Shown: positions 1 to 8,908 of the stretch, one piece after another
How positions within the stretch are numbered: the first letter of the stretch is position 1
Layout: each line of letters opens with the position of its first letter
IMG/VR virus record: IMGVR_UViG_3300045999_002371
Coordinates: 1-64,000 of that record
DNA: 64,000 nucleotides
From: a virus
Reading direction: 5' to 3' (one strand)
Position numbers and translations under genes: made by a program
The notes under the pieces: model-generated
Database searches by the model: none
What the model was told of the DNA's origin: nothing
The model's input: only the letters and a program-made list of their open reading frames with translations

Positions 1-30
1 GTGAATCATTCAAAGTGAAAAAAGCGAATC

Positions 31-604
31 GTTGAAACAGGTAACTGGCTTCAACAATAATTTAATAATAAATAAACATCGGTGAAACAACCTGCGAAAG
101 ATTTCCCTTAGTGGACAGTACTTGTGTGACGATCAATTTATTTATTTATTATTCATAGTGACTAAGAAACTGCGATTTATTTATTCGGTATTAGTTATCA
201 CTTAATAACTAGTTACTAAGGCAGAAAGTGTGCGGTCGGACTATACGATGCAATAACACCGAAATAAATAATCGATTCGATCATGCTTGCTACGGCGATG
301 CGAATGTAAAAAAAGTATTTACATTCAAGCGGTATTTCAAGGGCGCGGATTAACGATCACGAAACTGATTGTGAATAGCAGTAGGGCTTAGGGAATGAAG
401 TGTGGAGATCGTCATGTAACTAGTGACGGAATGTCTCTACTAGTGAGTGCAGGTGGTAACCAATCCAACCGATTGCACATTGAAACTAGTTACAACAACA
501 ACGATCAGCACTTCTGCTTATGTGTTAATAGTGATCGATCACCATAAATAGTCAGCGAACTATCTTGGTGATCGATCGCTATGAATACATAACTCGATGT
601 ATTC
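31..604 (+). ncRNA. Candidate large structured non-coding RNA / structured leader (may extend left of the window)
   Basis: No ORF before 643. Nested long stems (64-76/141-153, 173-189/258-274, 302-310/318-326, 518-544/566-592 with G-T wobbles), a GTAA (GNRA) loop at 41-44 and a c(TACG)g loop near 290. Confidence 0.45.
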
Positions 605-642
605 AATTCCACTAGTAACTACAAAAGGAAACGGAATAAAAA

Positions 643-816
643 ATGAAACAACAAACATTCATTGATGCAAAGGGCAACATCGTTGCTCGTGGTCGTATTA
701 CTGAGATCGCTATCGATCTACTACTAAATGACGGAACTCGCTTCTACTCAACTAAATCAGATAACTACACACTCGACTTCATCAAACAACTAGACATCGT
801 AAAGGTAACTAAGTAA
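643..816 (+). CDS. Small hypothetical protein, 57 aa (MKQQTFIDAKG...), not in ORF track
   Basis: Manual translation; AAAGGA-type RBS upstream; TAATG coupling to the next ORF. Confidence 0.7.
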   Translation: MKQQTFIDAKGNIVARGRITEIAIDLLLNDGTRFYSTKSDNYTLDFIKQLDIVKVTK

Positions 817-932
817 TGACGATCATTCTTGATTGCGCTATCTGCGCTAAACCTTCAACCGATTTATGGTTCGTAAAACTAAATGACAAACCTGCTCTTA
901 TTTGCCGACTATGTAATGGAGAAACTAAATGA
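816..932 (+). CDS. Tiny zinc-finger protein, 38 aa (CAIC...CRLC), not in ORF track
   Basis: Manual translation; two CxxC motifs; translationally coupled on both sides. Confidence 0.6.
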   Translation: MTIILDCAICAKPSTDLWFVKLNDKPALICRLCNGETK

Positions 933-1225
933 CAACAACTCGCACTTCTAACGCAAAGGCTGGCGATCTAATTGTTGATCGCGTTGCATTCACAGGTAAC
1001 AACCTCTACGGCGTTCTTACTCGTTACGATGAGGTTGTTCACTTAATCGGTCAATTACCGATCGAGTTTGAACAACAACTAAAACTAGATAAACCCGATT
1101 TCATTGTGTACTCGTATAACACTCCAATCGCTTGGCATTCTGACAAGGGCTGGTTTATTCCTGAGGTTAAGTACTCAGTTACAACATCAAAACATCAAAA
1201 CTATGTACGAAGGGCGGTTGCATAA
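929..1225 (+). CDS. Hypothetical phage protein (YSYNTPIAW...YSVTTSKHQ motif)
   Basis: GGAG RBS, ATGA overlap; the YSYxTxIA...SxTTxxH pattern is typical of a widespread small phage family. Confidence 0.75.
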   Translation: MTTTRTSNAKAGDLIVDRVAFTGNNLYGVLTRYDEVVHLIGQLPIEFEQQLKLDKPDFIVYSYNTPIAWHSDKGWFIPEVKYSVTTSKHQNYVRRAVA

Positions 1226-1226
1226 C

Positions 1227-1514
1227 ATGGGTCGACTACACGCAGAAGAGTTAGCAAGCGGTGAGTTTGTTCCTACTATTGAACAACAGATCGCAATTCA
1301 CTTCTCTAGTAATTGCTATCCACCTGTTCCACACATCATGATTGAAACTGCTATTGAAGCGATCAATCACTACAACGCTGGTTGGATTAACGAACTGATC
1401 TCGTTACCTGACGGAGTTACTTATCAGGGCAGAGATTCTGCTCGTGCTTACAAGATCATCGAGAACTTTCGTCTCGATGCATGGATAGATAGTGAGGTTA
1501 CTCAACTTGATTAG
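1227..1514 (+). CDS. Hypothetical protein (start reassigned to MGRLHAEE)
   Basis: ATG at 1227 directly follows the upstream stop; HFxxNCYPPVP motif. Confidence 0.7.
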   Translation: MGRLHAEELASGEFVPTIEQQIAIHFSSNCYPPVPHIMIETAIEAINHYNAGWINELISLPDGVTYQGRDSARAYKIIENFRLDAWIDSEVTQLD

Positions 1515-1605
1515 CATTCTTATTCTTGCGGTTATCGCTGGCGTTATTGGCGTATTACTTGAAAACCTATTTCACGAACTCTCACAAAAGAATCGGGGTA
1601 TCTAA
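1507..1605 (+). CDS. Tiny single-pass membrane protein, 32 aa, TTG start
   Basis: Manual translation ISILILAVIAGVIGVLL...; GAGG RBS; coupled to the ORF at 1605. Confidence 0.5.
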   Translation: MISILILAVIAGVIGVLLENLFHELSQKNRGI

Positions 1606-1871
1606 TGAGCCAATTCAATCTCGATGAACTCGGATTACTTCACACAATGGTTGAGTTAGCACTCGACAACGCACTCGAACAGGGTGCGCCACAACAGATC
1701 GTTGCGGTACTTCAATCTTCTCTATCAAAGATCGAATCTCGTATTGAAGAAGAGTGCAACATCTTCAATTCATTTCAAGAACTAACTACGCAACTCGATG
1801 ATCTGCACCTTGCATCAAAGATCATTGTGAAAAACCCTGATGCAGTTACAACCGACTACCAAACAAACTAA
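1605..1871 (+). CDS. Hypothetical protein
   Basis: ORF track; operon context. Confidence 0.7.
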   Translation: MSQFNLDELGLLHTMVELALDNALEQGAPQQIVAVLQSSLSKIESRIEEECNIFNSFQELTTQLDDLHLASKIIVKNPDAVTTDYQTN

Positions 1872-1895
1872 TCACCTAGAGAAAACGGAAACCAA

Positions 1896-2777
1896 ATGAC
1901 TACAGAAAACAAGACCCTGTTCGTTCCTACATTGGAAAAGACATCGCACTACATTCCACGCACCTTCGCTGGTGGCGTTACAGAAGATGCGATGTACGAC
2001 TTCGCACAAACTAACAACATGAACATCTTGATCGAAGGCGATGCTGGAACTGGTAAGACAACATCAGCACTTGCTTACGCATCAAAGCGACACATGAACT
2101 TCTTCGCTGTTCCATGTAACTCAGCGATCGACTTCACTCAGTTAATCGGTGGCTTGTTCCCTGATGCTGACGGCAAACTAAAGTGGGTTGACGGCGCGAT
2201 CACAAAGATCGTTCGTGAGGGTGGCTTGCTACTGATTAACGAACTCAACAACGCACCTAAGAACCTGTCTCAGTACCTCATGAGCCTTCTCGATGATCGC
2301 CGTTCAATTACATTGATGTCACATGACAACGAAGTAATCAACGCACACCCTGATCTTCTAGTCGTTGCAGATCAAAATCCAAACTATCGTGGCACTCAGT
2401 TACTTAATGAGGCGTGGAAAGATCGCTTCGAAGTTAAATTGCGATTCGACTACGACACCACCATTGAGAAGAAGATCATCACATCTTCATCTCTACTGGA
2501 ACTTGCAAACGGAATGCGATCAACATCTCGCAGAGAAGATCACGCATCAGATCGTGGAACTATCTTCGAGACACCTGTATCACCACGCATTCTAAAAACA
2601 TTCGAGAAGTTAGCAAAGGGCTTGTCATTCGAGTTTGCTTGCGATGTATTCGTAAACAACTTCACAGATGAAGAGCGACCTGCGGTCAAGATGCTTCTTG
2701 AAGGTACTTCATACAACATTCGAGAAGAACTCGGACTCGATGTTGATGCGATCACAACTGAACACGCAACGGCTTAA
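1896..2777 (+). CDS. MoxR/CbbQ/CobS-like AAA+ ATPase
   Basis: Walker A GDAGTGKT, WVDG motif, Walker B variant LLLINE, NPNYRG, DRF arginine-finger region; adjacent to a vWA gene. Confidence 0.9.
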   Translation: MTTENKTLFVPTLEKTSHYIPRTFAGGVTEDAMYDFAQTNNMNILIEGDAGTGKTTSALAYASKRHMNFFAVPCNSAIDFTQLIGGLFPDADGKLKWVDGAITKIVREGGLLLINELNNAPKNLSQYLMSLLDDRRSITLMSHDNEVINAHPDLLVVADQNPNYRGTQLLNEAWKDRFEVKLRFDYDTTIEKKIITSSSLLELANGMRSTSRREDHASDRGTIFETPVSPRILKTFEKLAKGLSFEFACDVFVNNFTDEERPAVKMLLEGTSYNIREELGLDVDAITTEHATA

Positions 2778-2779
2778 CA

Positions 2780-4780
2780 ATGTGTGCCTGTGGTAAATGT
2801 CCGTCATGTAAACGAAATGGAGTAACTGTGAACTATCACGATGCTATTGAAGAGTGGGAACTCGACATACTTGGTGAAACTCGTGAGTCACTACGATCAC
2901 AAGCGATCAAGGCAGAAGAGAAGAAGCAACGACTAGAGAGATTCACACAATTCTTTGGTCGTGTTAATTCTGCATTCACTTTTCGTAAAGTGACTGTGAC
3001 TGTTGAGAACTCGGCTATGGAAGCACCTGCTTGGTCAGGTGCATCAACTGTCACTTTCAACTCTCGTGTTATTGGTGATCTCAACGATGCTAAATCAATC
3101 GCTGGTATCAAGGGTCTTGATCTTCACGAGATCAGTCACATCTTGTACACATCTCGTGAGGGCTCAGAACTCTTCGACTATGTACGAGATAACAATTACT
3201 TCATGGCATACAACGCACTTGAAGATCAGAGAATCGAAACTCTCTTTACGGCTAAGTATCCGTCAACGATCGATTGGTTTACTGCCACGATCTTGATTCA
3301 CTTCGTTGATAACAAAGAGGCTTTCACTAACTCTTATCCGCTATTGCGTGGTCGTAGGTACTTGCCTGTTGATCTAAGAGCGCAATCTCGTAATGCCTAT
3401 CCTGAACAAGATCAGATCGATGAAATCTGTGCAGTAGTCGATGAATACCGCACTCTTCTATTCCCTGCTGATACTGAAAAAGGAAAGGAACTTATTGCGC
3501 GATTTAATGAGTTACTTCCAAAAGGTAATGGCTCAGGCAACGGCTCAGGTAGTGGCGATAGTGGGTCTGTACGCCCTGCTGGTGCTGGTCAAGAAGGTGA
3601 CTGTGTCATTCGTATCAATGACCCATTCGGTCACGGCAAACGACCACAAGAGGGCTTGGAATCGTCTGCTAACTCACGACCTGTTCCACCAAAGAAGCAG
3701 GAAAAAGATCGTGATCGCTCACAACAACTCGACAAAGAAGATGATGCACAACTGGCTGAACAATTAAAATCAAAACCTGTTATCGATGTTGACATCAACG
3801 ACATTGATTTCGATCTTGATTTCGATGATCTTGATTCAGATCAGGATTCAGATCAGGATTCTGATTCAGATCAATCTTCTAATTCTGCTGGTGATTCTGC
3901 TGGCGAGTTAATCGATACATTGATTAGTGATCTATTAGAAAACATTCTTGATTCTAATGAAACTGAAATCAATGACATCTTGCGACAGATTGGTGGTCTG
4001 CCTTCTCTTACTACCAACAATTCAAAAGAGCCTGAGTTAGATTCATTCCGCGACTTAGCCCCTGATGCAAATACCTTTCAAGCATCGTTGTCATTCGGTC
4101 GTGAGTTAGAGCGATTGAGATCGTCATTCGACCCTGCATGGGATAAATACGAATCACAAGGTCGCTTGTCTGCACATCGCTACTTGCGTGGTGATGATCT
4201 CGATACTGTATTCGATCAATGGAATGAAGGTCGTGAAGATGCGACTGAGATCGAATGCGTGATCTTGTTAGACAACTCAGGTTCAATGTCAGGACACAAA
4301 GCCTCTAGTGCGTACAAAGCCATGTACGCAATTAAGAAGGCACTTGATCGCGTTAATGCAAACACAACTGTTATCACTTTCAATGATCGTGCTAACACTT
4401 TGTATCGTGCAACTGATCGTGTCGGTAACACAATTCGTGATGCTGGTACTGGTGGTGGCACAACTGCTGACGGCGCAATTCAGTACGCAACTAAATTGCT
4501 TGCTGAAACTGAAAAGCCTGTACGAATCTTCTTCGCAATTACTGACGGAGAATGGTCGGGCGATCAGAGAGACAATCACGAAACAATCAAGCGCATGGCT
4601 CGTGCTGGTGTGCTTACTGCATTCGCGTACATTCCTGAAAGTACCGAACCTGTTGAACTAAACGCAGAGAAGTCTCACTATTGCGAGATCGCTTCTGTAA
4701 TTCGTAATCCATTCGATCTTGTTTACATGGCGAAATCAATCGTGAAGTACGCGATCTCTCGCCGTCTCGTAAACAACTAA
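2780..4780 (+). CDS. CobT-like protein: N-terminal HExxH metallopeptidase-like domain, acidic linker, C-terminal vWA domain
   Basis: HEISH, NALEDQRIE, MIDAS DNSGS...T...TDG. The true start may be GTG 2828. Confidence 0.88.
   Translation: MCACGKCPSCKRNGVTVNYHDAIEEWELDILGETRESLRSQAIKAEEKKQRLERFTQFFGRVNSAFTFRKVTVTVENSAMEAPAWSGASTVTFNSRVIGDLNDAKSIAGIKGLDLHEISHILYTSREGSELFDYVRDNNYFMAYNALEDQRIETLFTAKYPSTIDWFTATILIHFVDNKEAFTNSYPLLRGRRYLPVDLRAQSRNAYPEQDQIDEICAVVDEYRTLLFPADTEKGKELIARFNELLPKGNGSGNGSGSGDSGSVRPAGAGQEGDCVIRINDPFGHGKRPQEGLESSANSRPVPPKKQEKDRDRSQQLDKEDDAQLAEQLKSKPVIDVDINDIDFDLDFDDLDSDQDSDQDSDSDQSSNSAGDSAGELIDTLISDLLENILDSNETEINDILRQIGGLPSLTTNNSKEPELDSFRDLAPDANTFQASLSFGRELERLRSSFDPAWDKYESQGRLSAHRYLRGDDLDTVFDQWNEGREDATEIECVILLDNSGSMSGHKASSAYKAMYAIKKALDRVNANTTVITFNDRANTLYRATDRVGNTIRDAGTGGGTTADGAIQYATKLLAETEKPVRIFFAITDGEWSGDQRDNHETIKRMARAGVLTAFAYIPESTEPVELNAEKSHYCEIASVIRNPFDLVYMAKSIVKYAISRRLVNN
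3833..3874 (+). repeat. GATTCAGATCAG tandem repeat encoding a DSDQ acidic linker
   Basis: Direct reading of the sequence. Confidence 0.8.
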
Positions 4781-4801
4781 CTGTCACTCTCTAGGTGACT
4801 C

Positions 4802-4841
4802 GGTGTGGTGCGTTACTTGTGGAAGGCTGGCGCACCACACC
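4802..4841 (+). terminator. GC-rich hairpin after the vWA gene (terminator or processing stem)
   Basis: GGTGTGGTGCG...CGCACCACACC inverted repeat; weak U-tract. Confidence 0.55.
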
Positions 4842-4874
4842 ACTTAAACAATTACAACTAAGGAGAATAAATAA

Positions 4875-5492
4875 ATGAAATCAGCAGAACTCAAAGTAGG
4901 TATTAAGTACGGCGTTATTCCTTCATGGGATTATTCATCGCAAGATAAGAAAGACCCGACAAAGGTGCAACGCAGAGCCGTTGCTCAGGCAGAGTTAGTC
5001 TCACTAGAAAAATACGAATACAAGGTGTATCGATCAGATAATCCTGATGATGCACAATTTACTTCTGCACCAAAGGGAAGTAGATCAGTCGGTTACATCG
5101 TCAAATCTTCTGATTGGGCTGGTGCTACACAAGGTGACATCTACTGGATAGCAAGAGCGCAAGACATCGTTGCTGAGTATGCAACTCTTGAAACTCGTTG
5201 GTCTAAGGAAGAAGCCGAAGAGAAACTTCGTGAGGCTCAATGGAAGGCAGAACGCGAAGCCAAAGAACAACAAGAGAAGATCGAGAAAGATAATGCTCAG
5301 CGATCTATTGATGCGGTTAAAGAATCGCTTCGATCAATTATCGGTAGTCGTGCAGACAAACTCGACTTCGAGATTCGCAATCGCCGTCAAGAAAACGGCG
5401 AATACAAACTAAGCGGTGCTTGCACTATCGATGTACGCACTCTTCAATCACTAATCGAGAAGGTTCTCGAAGCGAGAGACATGGTGGCATAA
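4875..5492 (+). CDS. Hypothetical protein with C-terminal coiled coil
   Basis: AAGGAG RBS; ORF track. Confidence 0.8.
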   Translation: MKSAELKVGIKYGVIPSWDYSSQDKKDPTKVQRRAVAQAELVSLEKYEYKVYRSDNPDDAQFTSAPKGSRSVGYIVKSSDWAGATQGDIYWIARAQDIVAEYATLETRWSKEEAEEKLREAQWKAEREAKEQQEKIEKDNAQRSIDAVKESLRSIIGSRADKLDFEIRNRRQENGEYKLSGACTIDVRTLQSLIEKVLEARDMVA

Positions 5493-6197
5493 ATGAGTTA
5501 CTTCTTAGATCGATTCGTAGCGATTCAAGATAAGTACTACAAGAACTATCAAGGCAGTACGCATTACTCGACATGGTTGCGTAACAAACGATTCGACAAC
5601 ATGATCGAACTAAAACAATTACCGAATACCTATCAAGAGATTGAGTACAAGGGGCATTCGATCATTGTGCAGGGCATTCACTATCAATGGTGCGACATCG
5701 TTGATGTGTATGGAAATCCATTTACTAGCACACCTTATGTGTCGGACATAGGAGATCGTGGTGAAATGCAATTCAGCACGATCTTTCTTGCATGGGCTTG
5801 GCGCATTGACGGCGTTGGTGCAGATAAGCCGTTGAACTGGAATAGTGAACACGCAGTTATCTGTGGCAGTCATTCATCAGACAAGATCGAGAAAACGATC
5901 AAACTCGCAAAGAAGCGCATTGATCTTGAAGCAAAGATCGTTGCGGTTCAAGATCAACTGATCGCTATGGCTGATGAACGAATGGCTTACTCAACGGACA
6001 TGAGGGCATTCGTTCCATACAACGCCGTAGTTAACGATCAGGTGTTTATTCAGGGTCATGGTCGGTTGCGTAAGGGCTTAATCGTTGACACAACTGGATC
6101 ACGATTTATTGTCGCTTATGTAACTCCCTCTAATCATCATGATCTGAAATACAAGACACTTCCACTTAGTCGCTTATACATAAAGGAGAATGCGTGA
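5493..6197 (+). CDS. Hypothetical protein
   Basis: ORF track; coupled to neighbours. Confidence 0.75.
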   Translation: MSYFLDRFVAIQDKYYKNYQGSTHYSTWLRNKRFDNMIELKQLPNTYQEIEYKGHSIIVQGIHYQWCDIVDVYGNPFTSTPYVSDIGDRGEMQFSTIFLAWAWRIDGVGADKPLNWNSEHAVICGSHSSDKIEKTIKLAKKRIDLEAKIVAVQDQLIAMADERMAYSTDMRAFVPYNAVVNDQVFIQGHGRLRKGLIVDTTGSRFIVAYVTPSNHHDLKYKTLPLSRLYIKENA

Positions 6198-6670
6198 CAA
6201 CTAAGAGCCGAAAGTCTGCTAAAACTTTACAAAGAGAAGCAGACTTAGCACTTGGCGTACAACAATGCGCTAAGTGTGATCATGTGTTTCCACTAAGTAA
6301 CTTTCGATCTGCAAAAACTAAATCAGGAGTTACTTCGTACTGCAAACCTTGCGAAGAGCAATACAAGTTTGAATGGCACTTGAAGCGCAGATTAGAGATC
6401 AAGAACTGGATTTATCACCACTTGAAAACTAATCCTTGCGTTGATTGTGGCGAGAGCGATGTACTCGCACTCGACTTCGACCATGTAAAGGGCGCAAGGA
6501 AGCGTTACAACATCGCTCATGCCTTCATGATAAGTGGCATGACGATCAAGAGATTACAAACTGAGATCGCAAAGTGCGATGTCCGTTGCGGTAAGTGCCA
6601 CAGAATCCGTACACACATGGCTAGTAAGTCATGGAAATACCGAATGGCTATTGAGAAGGGAGATGCTTAA
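6194..6670 (+). CDS. HNH endonuclease with N-terminal zinc finger
   Basis: CAKC...CKPC; CVDCG...LDFDHV...EIAKCDVRCGKCHRIRT. Confidence 0.85.
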   Translation: MTTKSRKSAKTLQREADLALGVQQCAKCDHVFPLSNFRSAKTKSGVTSYCKPCEEQYKFEWHLKRRLEIKNWIYHHLKTNPCVDCGESDVLALDFDHVKGARKRYNIAHAFMISGMTIKRLQTEIAKCDVRCGKCHRIRTHMASKSWKYRMAIEKGDA

Positions 6671-6841
6671 TTGTTAACTCGTAGAGGTTGGATAGTGCTG
6701 GTAATTATTCCTGCATTGATCTTGGTATCACTATTTACTTATGCAACTCGTGATGTCTGCTATGTGGGCAAGGGTGGCAACTTCTTGGGCTATGGCTCAT
6801 GTACAAAGATGATCGATGAAGTGATTGGGGGAAACAAGTGA
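6671..6841 (+). CDS. Small membrane protein, 56 aa (LTRRGWIVLVII...), not in ORF track
   Basis: Manual translation, TTG start, GGGAG RBS, LTRRG followed by a transmembrane helix. Confidence 0.6.
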   Translation: MLTRRGWIVLVIIPALILVSLFTYATRDVCYVGKGGNFLGYGSCTKMIDEVIGGNK

Positions 6842-7056
6842 TCGCAACTGTAAAAGAGACGATCGAGATTCTGCAACGCAACTATGGGAATGCACTTGAT
6901 GAGACACTCGTAGTTACTTGGTGGGATTCGAAAGACTTCGAAGAGATGTCAGATGATGCAATTAACATCTGTGACGATGCACTCGATGTCTGTGTAGGTC
7001 ATGTCAACGATACTGTTTGGCAGAATGCAAAGATGCTGAATGAGGGAGAAGAATAA
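6838..7056 (+). CDS. Hypothetical protein
   Basis: ORF track; GTGA overlap. Confidence 0.65.
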   Translation: MIATVKETIEILQRNYGNALDETLVVTWWDSKDFEEMSDDAINICDDALDVCVGHVNDTVWQNAKMLNEGEE

Positions 7057-7221
7057 ATGGCTACATACACAATAACTGCCGAAGTAGATCAACAATGGTT
7101 CGACATACTCGGTCAGATAACAAGACACCAAGACGGATTCGTATGGTGTGATGTAACTACAACTGATGATCGTGTATTACGAACTGCATCAGACGGAACT
7201 CAATTCTTAGGAGACAACTAA
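7057..7221 (+). CDS. Small hypothetical protein, 54 aa (MATYTITAEV...)
   Basis: Manual translation; coupled on both sides. Confidence 0.6.
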   Translation: MATYTITAEVDQQWFDILGQITRHQDGFVWCDVTTTDDRVLRTASDGTQFLGDN

Positions 7222-7385
7222 TGGGATACGCACAGATCATTCGTAGGGTAGAAGCCCACGAACTAACTAATTGCGATGATTGCGGGAATGATGAACTTAC
7301 TTCATCAGGCAGATTCATAACTGATTCAAGCCACCAACCTGTTATTTGGTTCTGCTTTAACTGCATACAGAAAACAACAAGATAG
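7221..7385 (+). CDS. Small zinc-finger protein, 54 aa (CDDC...WFCFNC)
   Basis: Manual translation; AGGAG RBS. Confidence 0.65.
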   Translation: MGYAQIIRRVEAHELTNCDDCGNDELTSSGRFITDSSHQPVIWFCFNCIQKTTR

Positions 7386-7389
7386 ATTT

Positions 7390-7646
7390 ATCGAGCAGGG
7401 GTCAACATAGGGTTCAATCGGGTTAATTCATTTCCCGACTCCTTACCTATGAAGGGCGATCATGATCGCATTCGATAGTTACGGCGTAGTCGTACCTGCC
7501 CCTGCTTGATTCCACTATTGGTAGAGATCATCGACACCTAGCAGACTACGGCAGACTGAAAAGGTGTTATGAAAATCTTGCAAGATCGTTGATGCACAAA
7601 TAGGTCAACGCACGACATCGTTCTACTTCTCGATGATCTCTACCAA
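7390..7646 (+). ncRNA. Two tandem ~120-130 nt multi-branched structured elements (candidate ncRNAs)
   Basis: Outer stems 7390-7404/7497-7510 and a perfect 17-bp stem 7518-7534/7630-7646, each enclosing three hairpins. Confidence 0.5.
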
Positions 7647-7674
7647 CTATTCAATTACCTAGAGAGGGTTACAC

Positions 7675-7848
7675 ATGGAAACATCACCACTATTTACAGT
7701 AGAAGAAAAGAATCTGATACTCAATGCACGATTCGTACATGGTGAATCGTTGCAGAGCGTTGCTGATCGATTCGGTACAACTCGTAAACTAATTCGTCAA
7801 GTAGAAAGTAATTACATCAAAATAATGAAGGGGGAAATAAATGAGTGA
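7675..7848 (+). CDS. Stand-alone sigma70 region-4-like HTH peptide, 57 aa, not in ORF track
   Basis: EEKNLILNARFVHGESLQSVADRFGTTRKLIRQVES matches the r4.2 pattern LRF...TLxEVxxxFGVTRERIRQIE; GAGGG RBS. Confidence 0.7.
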   Translation: METSPLFTVEEKNLILNARFVHGESLQSVADRFGTTRKLIRQVESNYIKIMKGEINE

Positions 7849-8182
7849 ACTATCATCACACCAAACTGATCTCATCAAATCAATCACGATCGCTAACGAG
7901 TTTCTAAAGATCGTTCGTGGATTCAAGGTTGATTCTGATCGCAAAGACAGTCTGCCTCAGGAGATCAAGGAGTATCTAGCCAATGAACACTTGAACTCAA
8001 TCATGGAAGATCAAGAGATCGAACCTGAGATGTTGATTTGGGGATTCCTGCACATGATCGAGATTCTCTTGAAGTATGCAGAGTTAGACCCTGAGGACTT
8101 AACCAATGTCATGGACTCTTTCGTGAAGTATGTGATCGAAAACCCTGACCAATACACAGATCGGAGTAAGAATGAAGATTGA
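7841..8182 (+). CDS. Hypothetical acidic protein
   Basis: ORF track; GGGG RBS. Confidence 0.75.
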   Translation: MSELSSHQTDLIKSITIANEFLKIVRGFKVDSDRKDSLPQEIKEYLANEHLNSIMEDQEIEPEMLIWGFLHMIEILLKYAELDPEDLTNVMDSFVKYVIENPDQYTDRSKNED

Positions 8183-8447
8183 GATCATCAACGCACCATG
8201 TCAGTCAGCAGGTATTGACCCTGAACTATTCTTTCCTGACCCGACAGAGTACGAAAAGATTCAGCAAGCAAAATCTGTGTGCGGTCAATGTCCTGAGATC
8301 ACAAAGAATAAATGTCTCTCATTCGCACTAGAGAATGGTGTTCAGTACGGAATCTTCGGCGGTCTAACAGACAAAGAGCGAAACAATTTACGCCGTAGAG
8401 AAAACAGAAAGTACAAGCAGTATGTATCTGTGATTGGAGAGTACTAG
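8172..8447 (+). CDS. whiB: WhiB-family Fe-S transcription factor
   Basis: C...DPELFFP...AKSVCGQCP...C...AL...GIFGG...ER. Confidence 0.93.
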   Translation: MKIEIINAPCQSAGIDPELFFPDPTEYEKIQQAKSVCGQCPEITKNKCLSFALENGVQYGIFGGLTDKERNNLRRRENRKYKQYVSVIGEY

Positions 8448-8569
8448 TGGAGTACGCAAAGAATCAGGTAATCATCGAAGTCAATGGTGGCGTTGCAGAA
8501 GTAACTCGTTGCCCTAGTGACATCGAAGTAATCATCATCGATCACGATAACGAGATCAATGGTGAGTAA
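8447..8569 (+). CDS. Small hypothetical protein, 40 aa (VIIEVNGGVAEV...IIDHDN)
   Basis: Manual translation; GGAG RBS. Confidence 0.55.
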   Translation: MEYAKNQVIIEVNGGVAEVTRCPSDIEVIIIDHDNEINGE

Positions 8570-8747
8570 GTGGTGGAATGTTATCTTCGAAACAGATTCA
8601 ACCAATGTGGTTGATGCACTTCTAACTGTTCAAGTAGAAGCAGATACACCCGATGAAGCAATCATGTTAGGTAGAGAGCGATTCGAAACTCTCGTACTGC
8701 TACACAATAAATGGCAATTTATAGACATCTCAGAAACGAGTAACTAA
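8559..8747 (+). CDS. Small hypothetical protein (VxVEAxTxDEA motif)
   Basis: ORF track. Confidence 0.6.
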   Translation: MVSKWWNVIFETDSTNVVDALLTVQVEADTPDEAIMLGRERFETLVLLHNKWQFIDISETSN

Positions 8748-8908
8748 TGAAAACTATTGAGGACATCGAATACGAGATCGCGTTCATCGAACAAGAACTG
8801 CAATCTAATGAGTTTCCTTATCTCAGCAAAGATCATCTAACTAATTGGCTATCTGCACTTAACTGGGTTAAAACAAAGTGGGATTACGAAAGGACAACTA
8901 ATGCTTAA
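8747..8908 (+). CDS. Small hypothetical protein, 53 aa (MKTIEDIEYE...ALNWV)
   Basis: Manual translation; TAATG coupling. Confidence 0.6.
   Translation: MKTIEDIEYEIAFIEQELQSNEFPYLSKDHLTNWLSALNWVKTKWDYERTTNA

Noticed and set aside
3833-3874. GATTCAGATCAG tandem repeat as a DNA signal
   Set aside because: It is in frame and encodes a DSDQ acidic linker; most simply slippage in a disordered region.
7540-7590. Hammerhead ribozyme (CTGAAAAG...GAAA)
   Set aside because: It lacks the CUGANGA core, and the stem arrangement does not fit.
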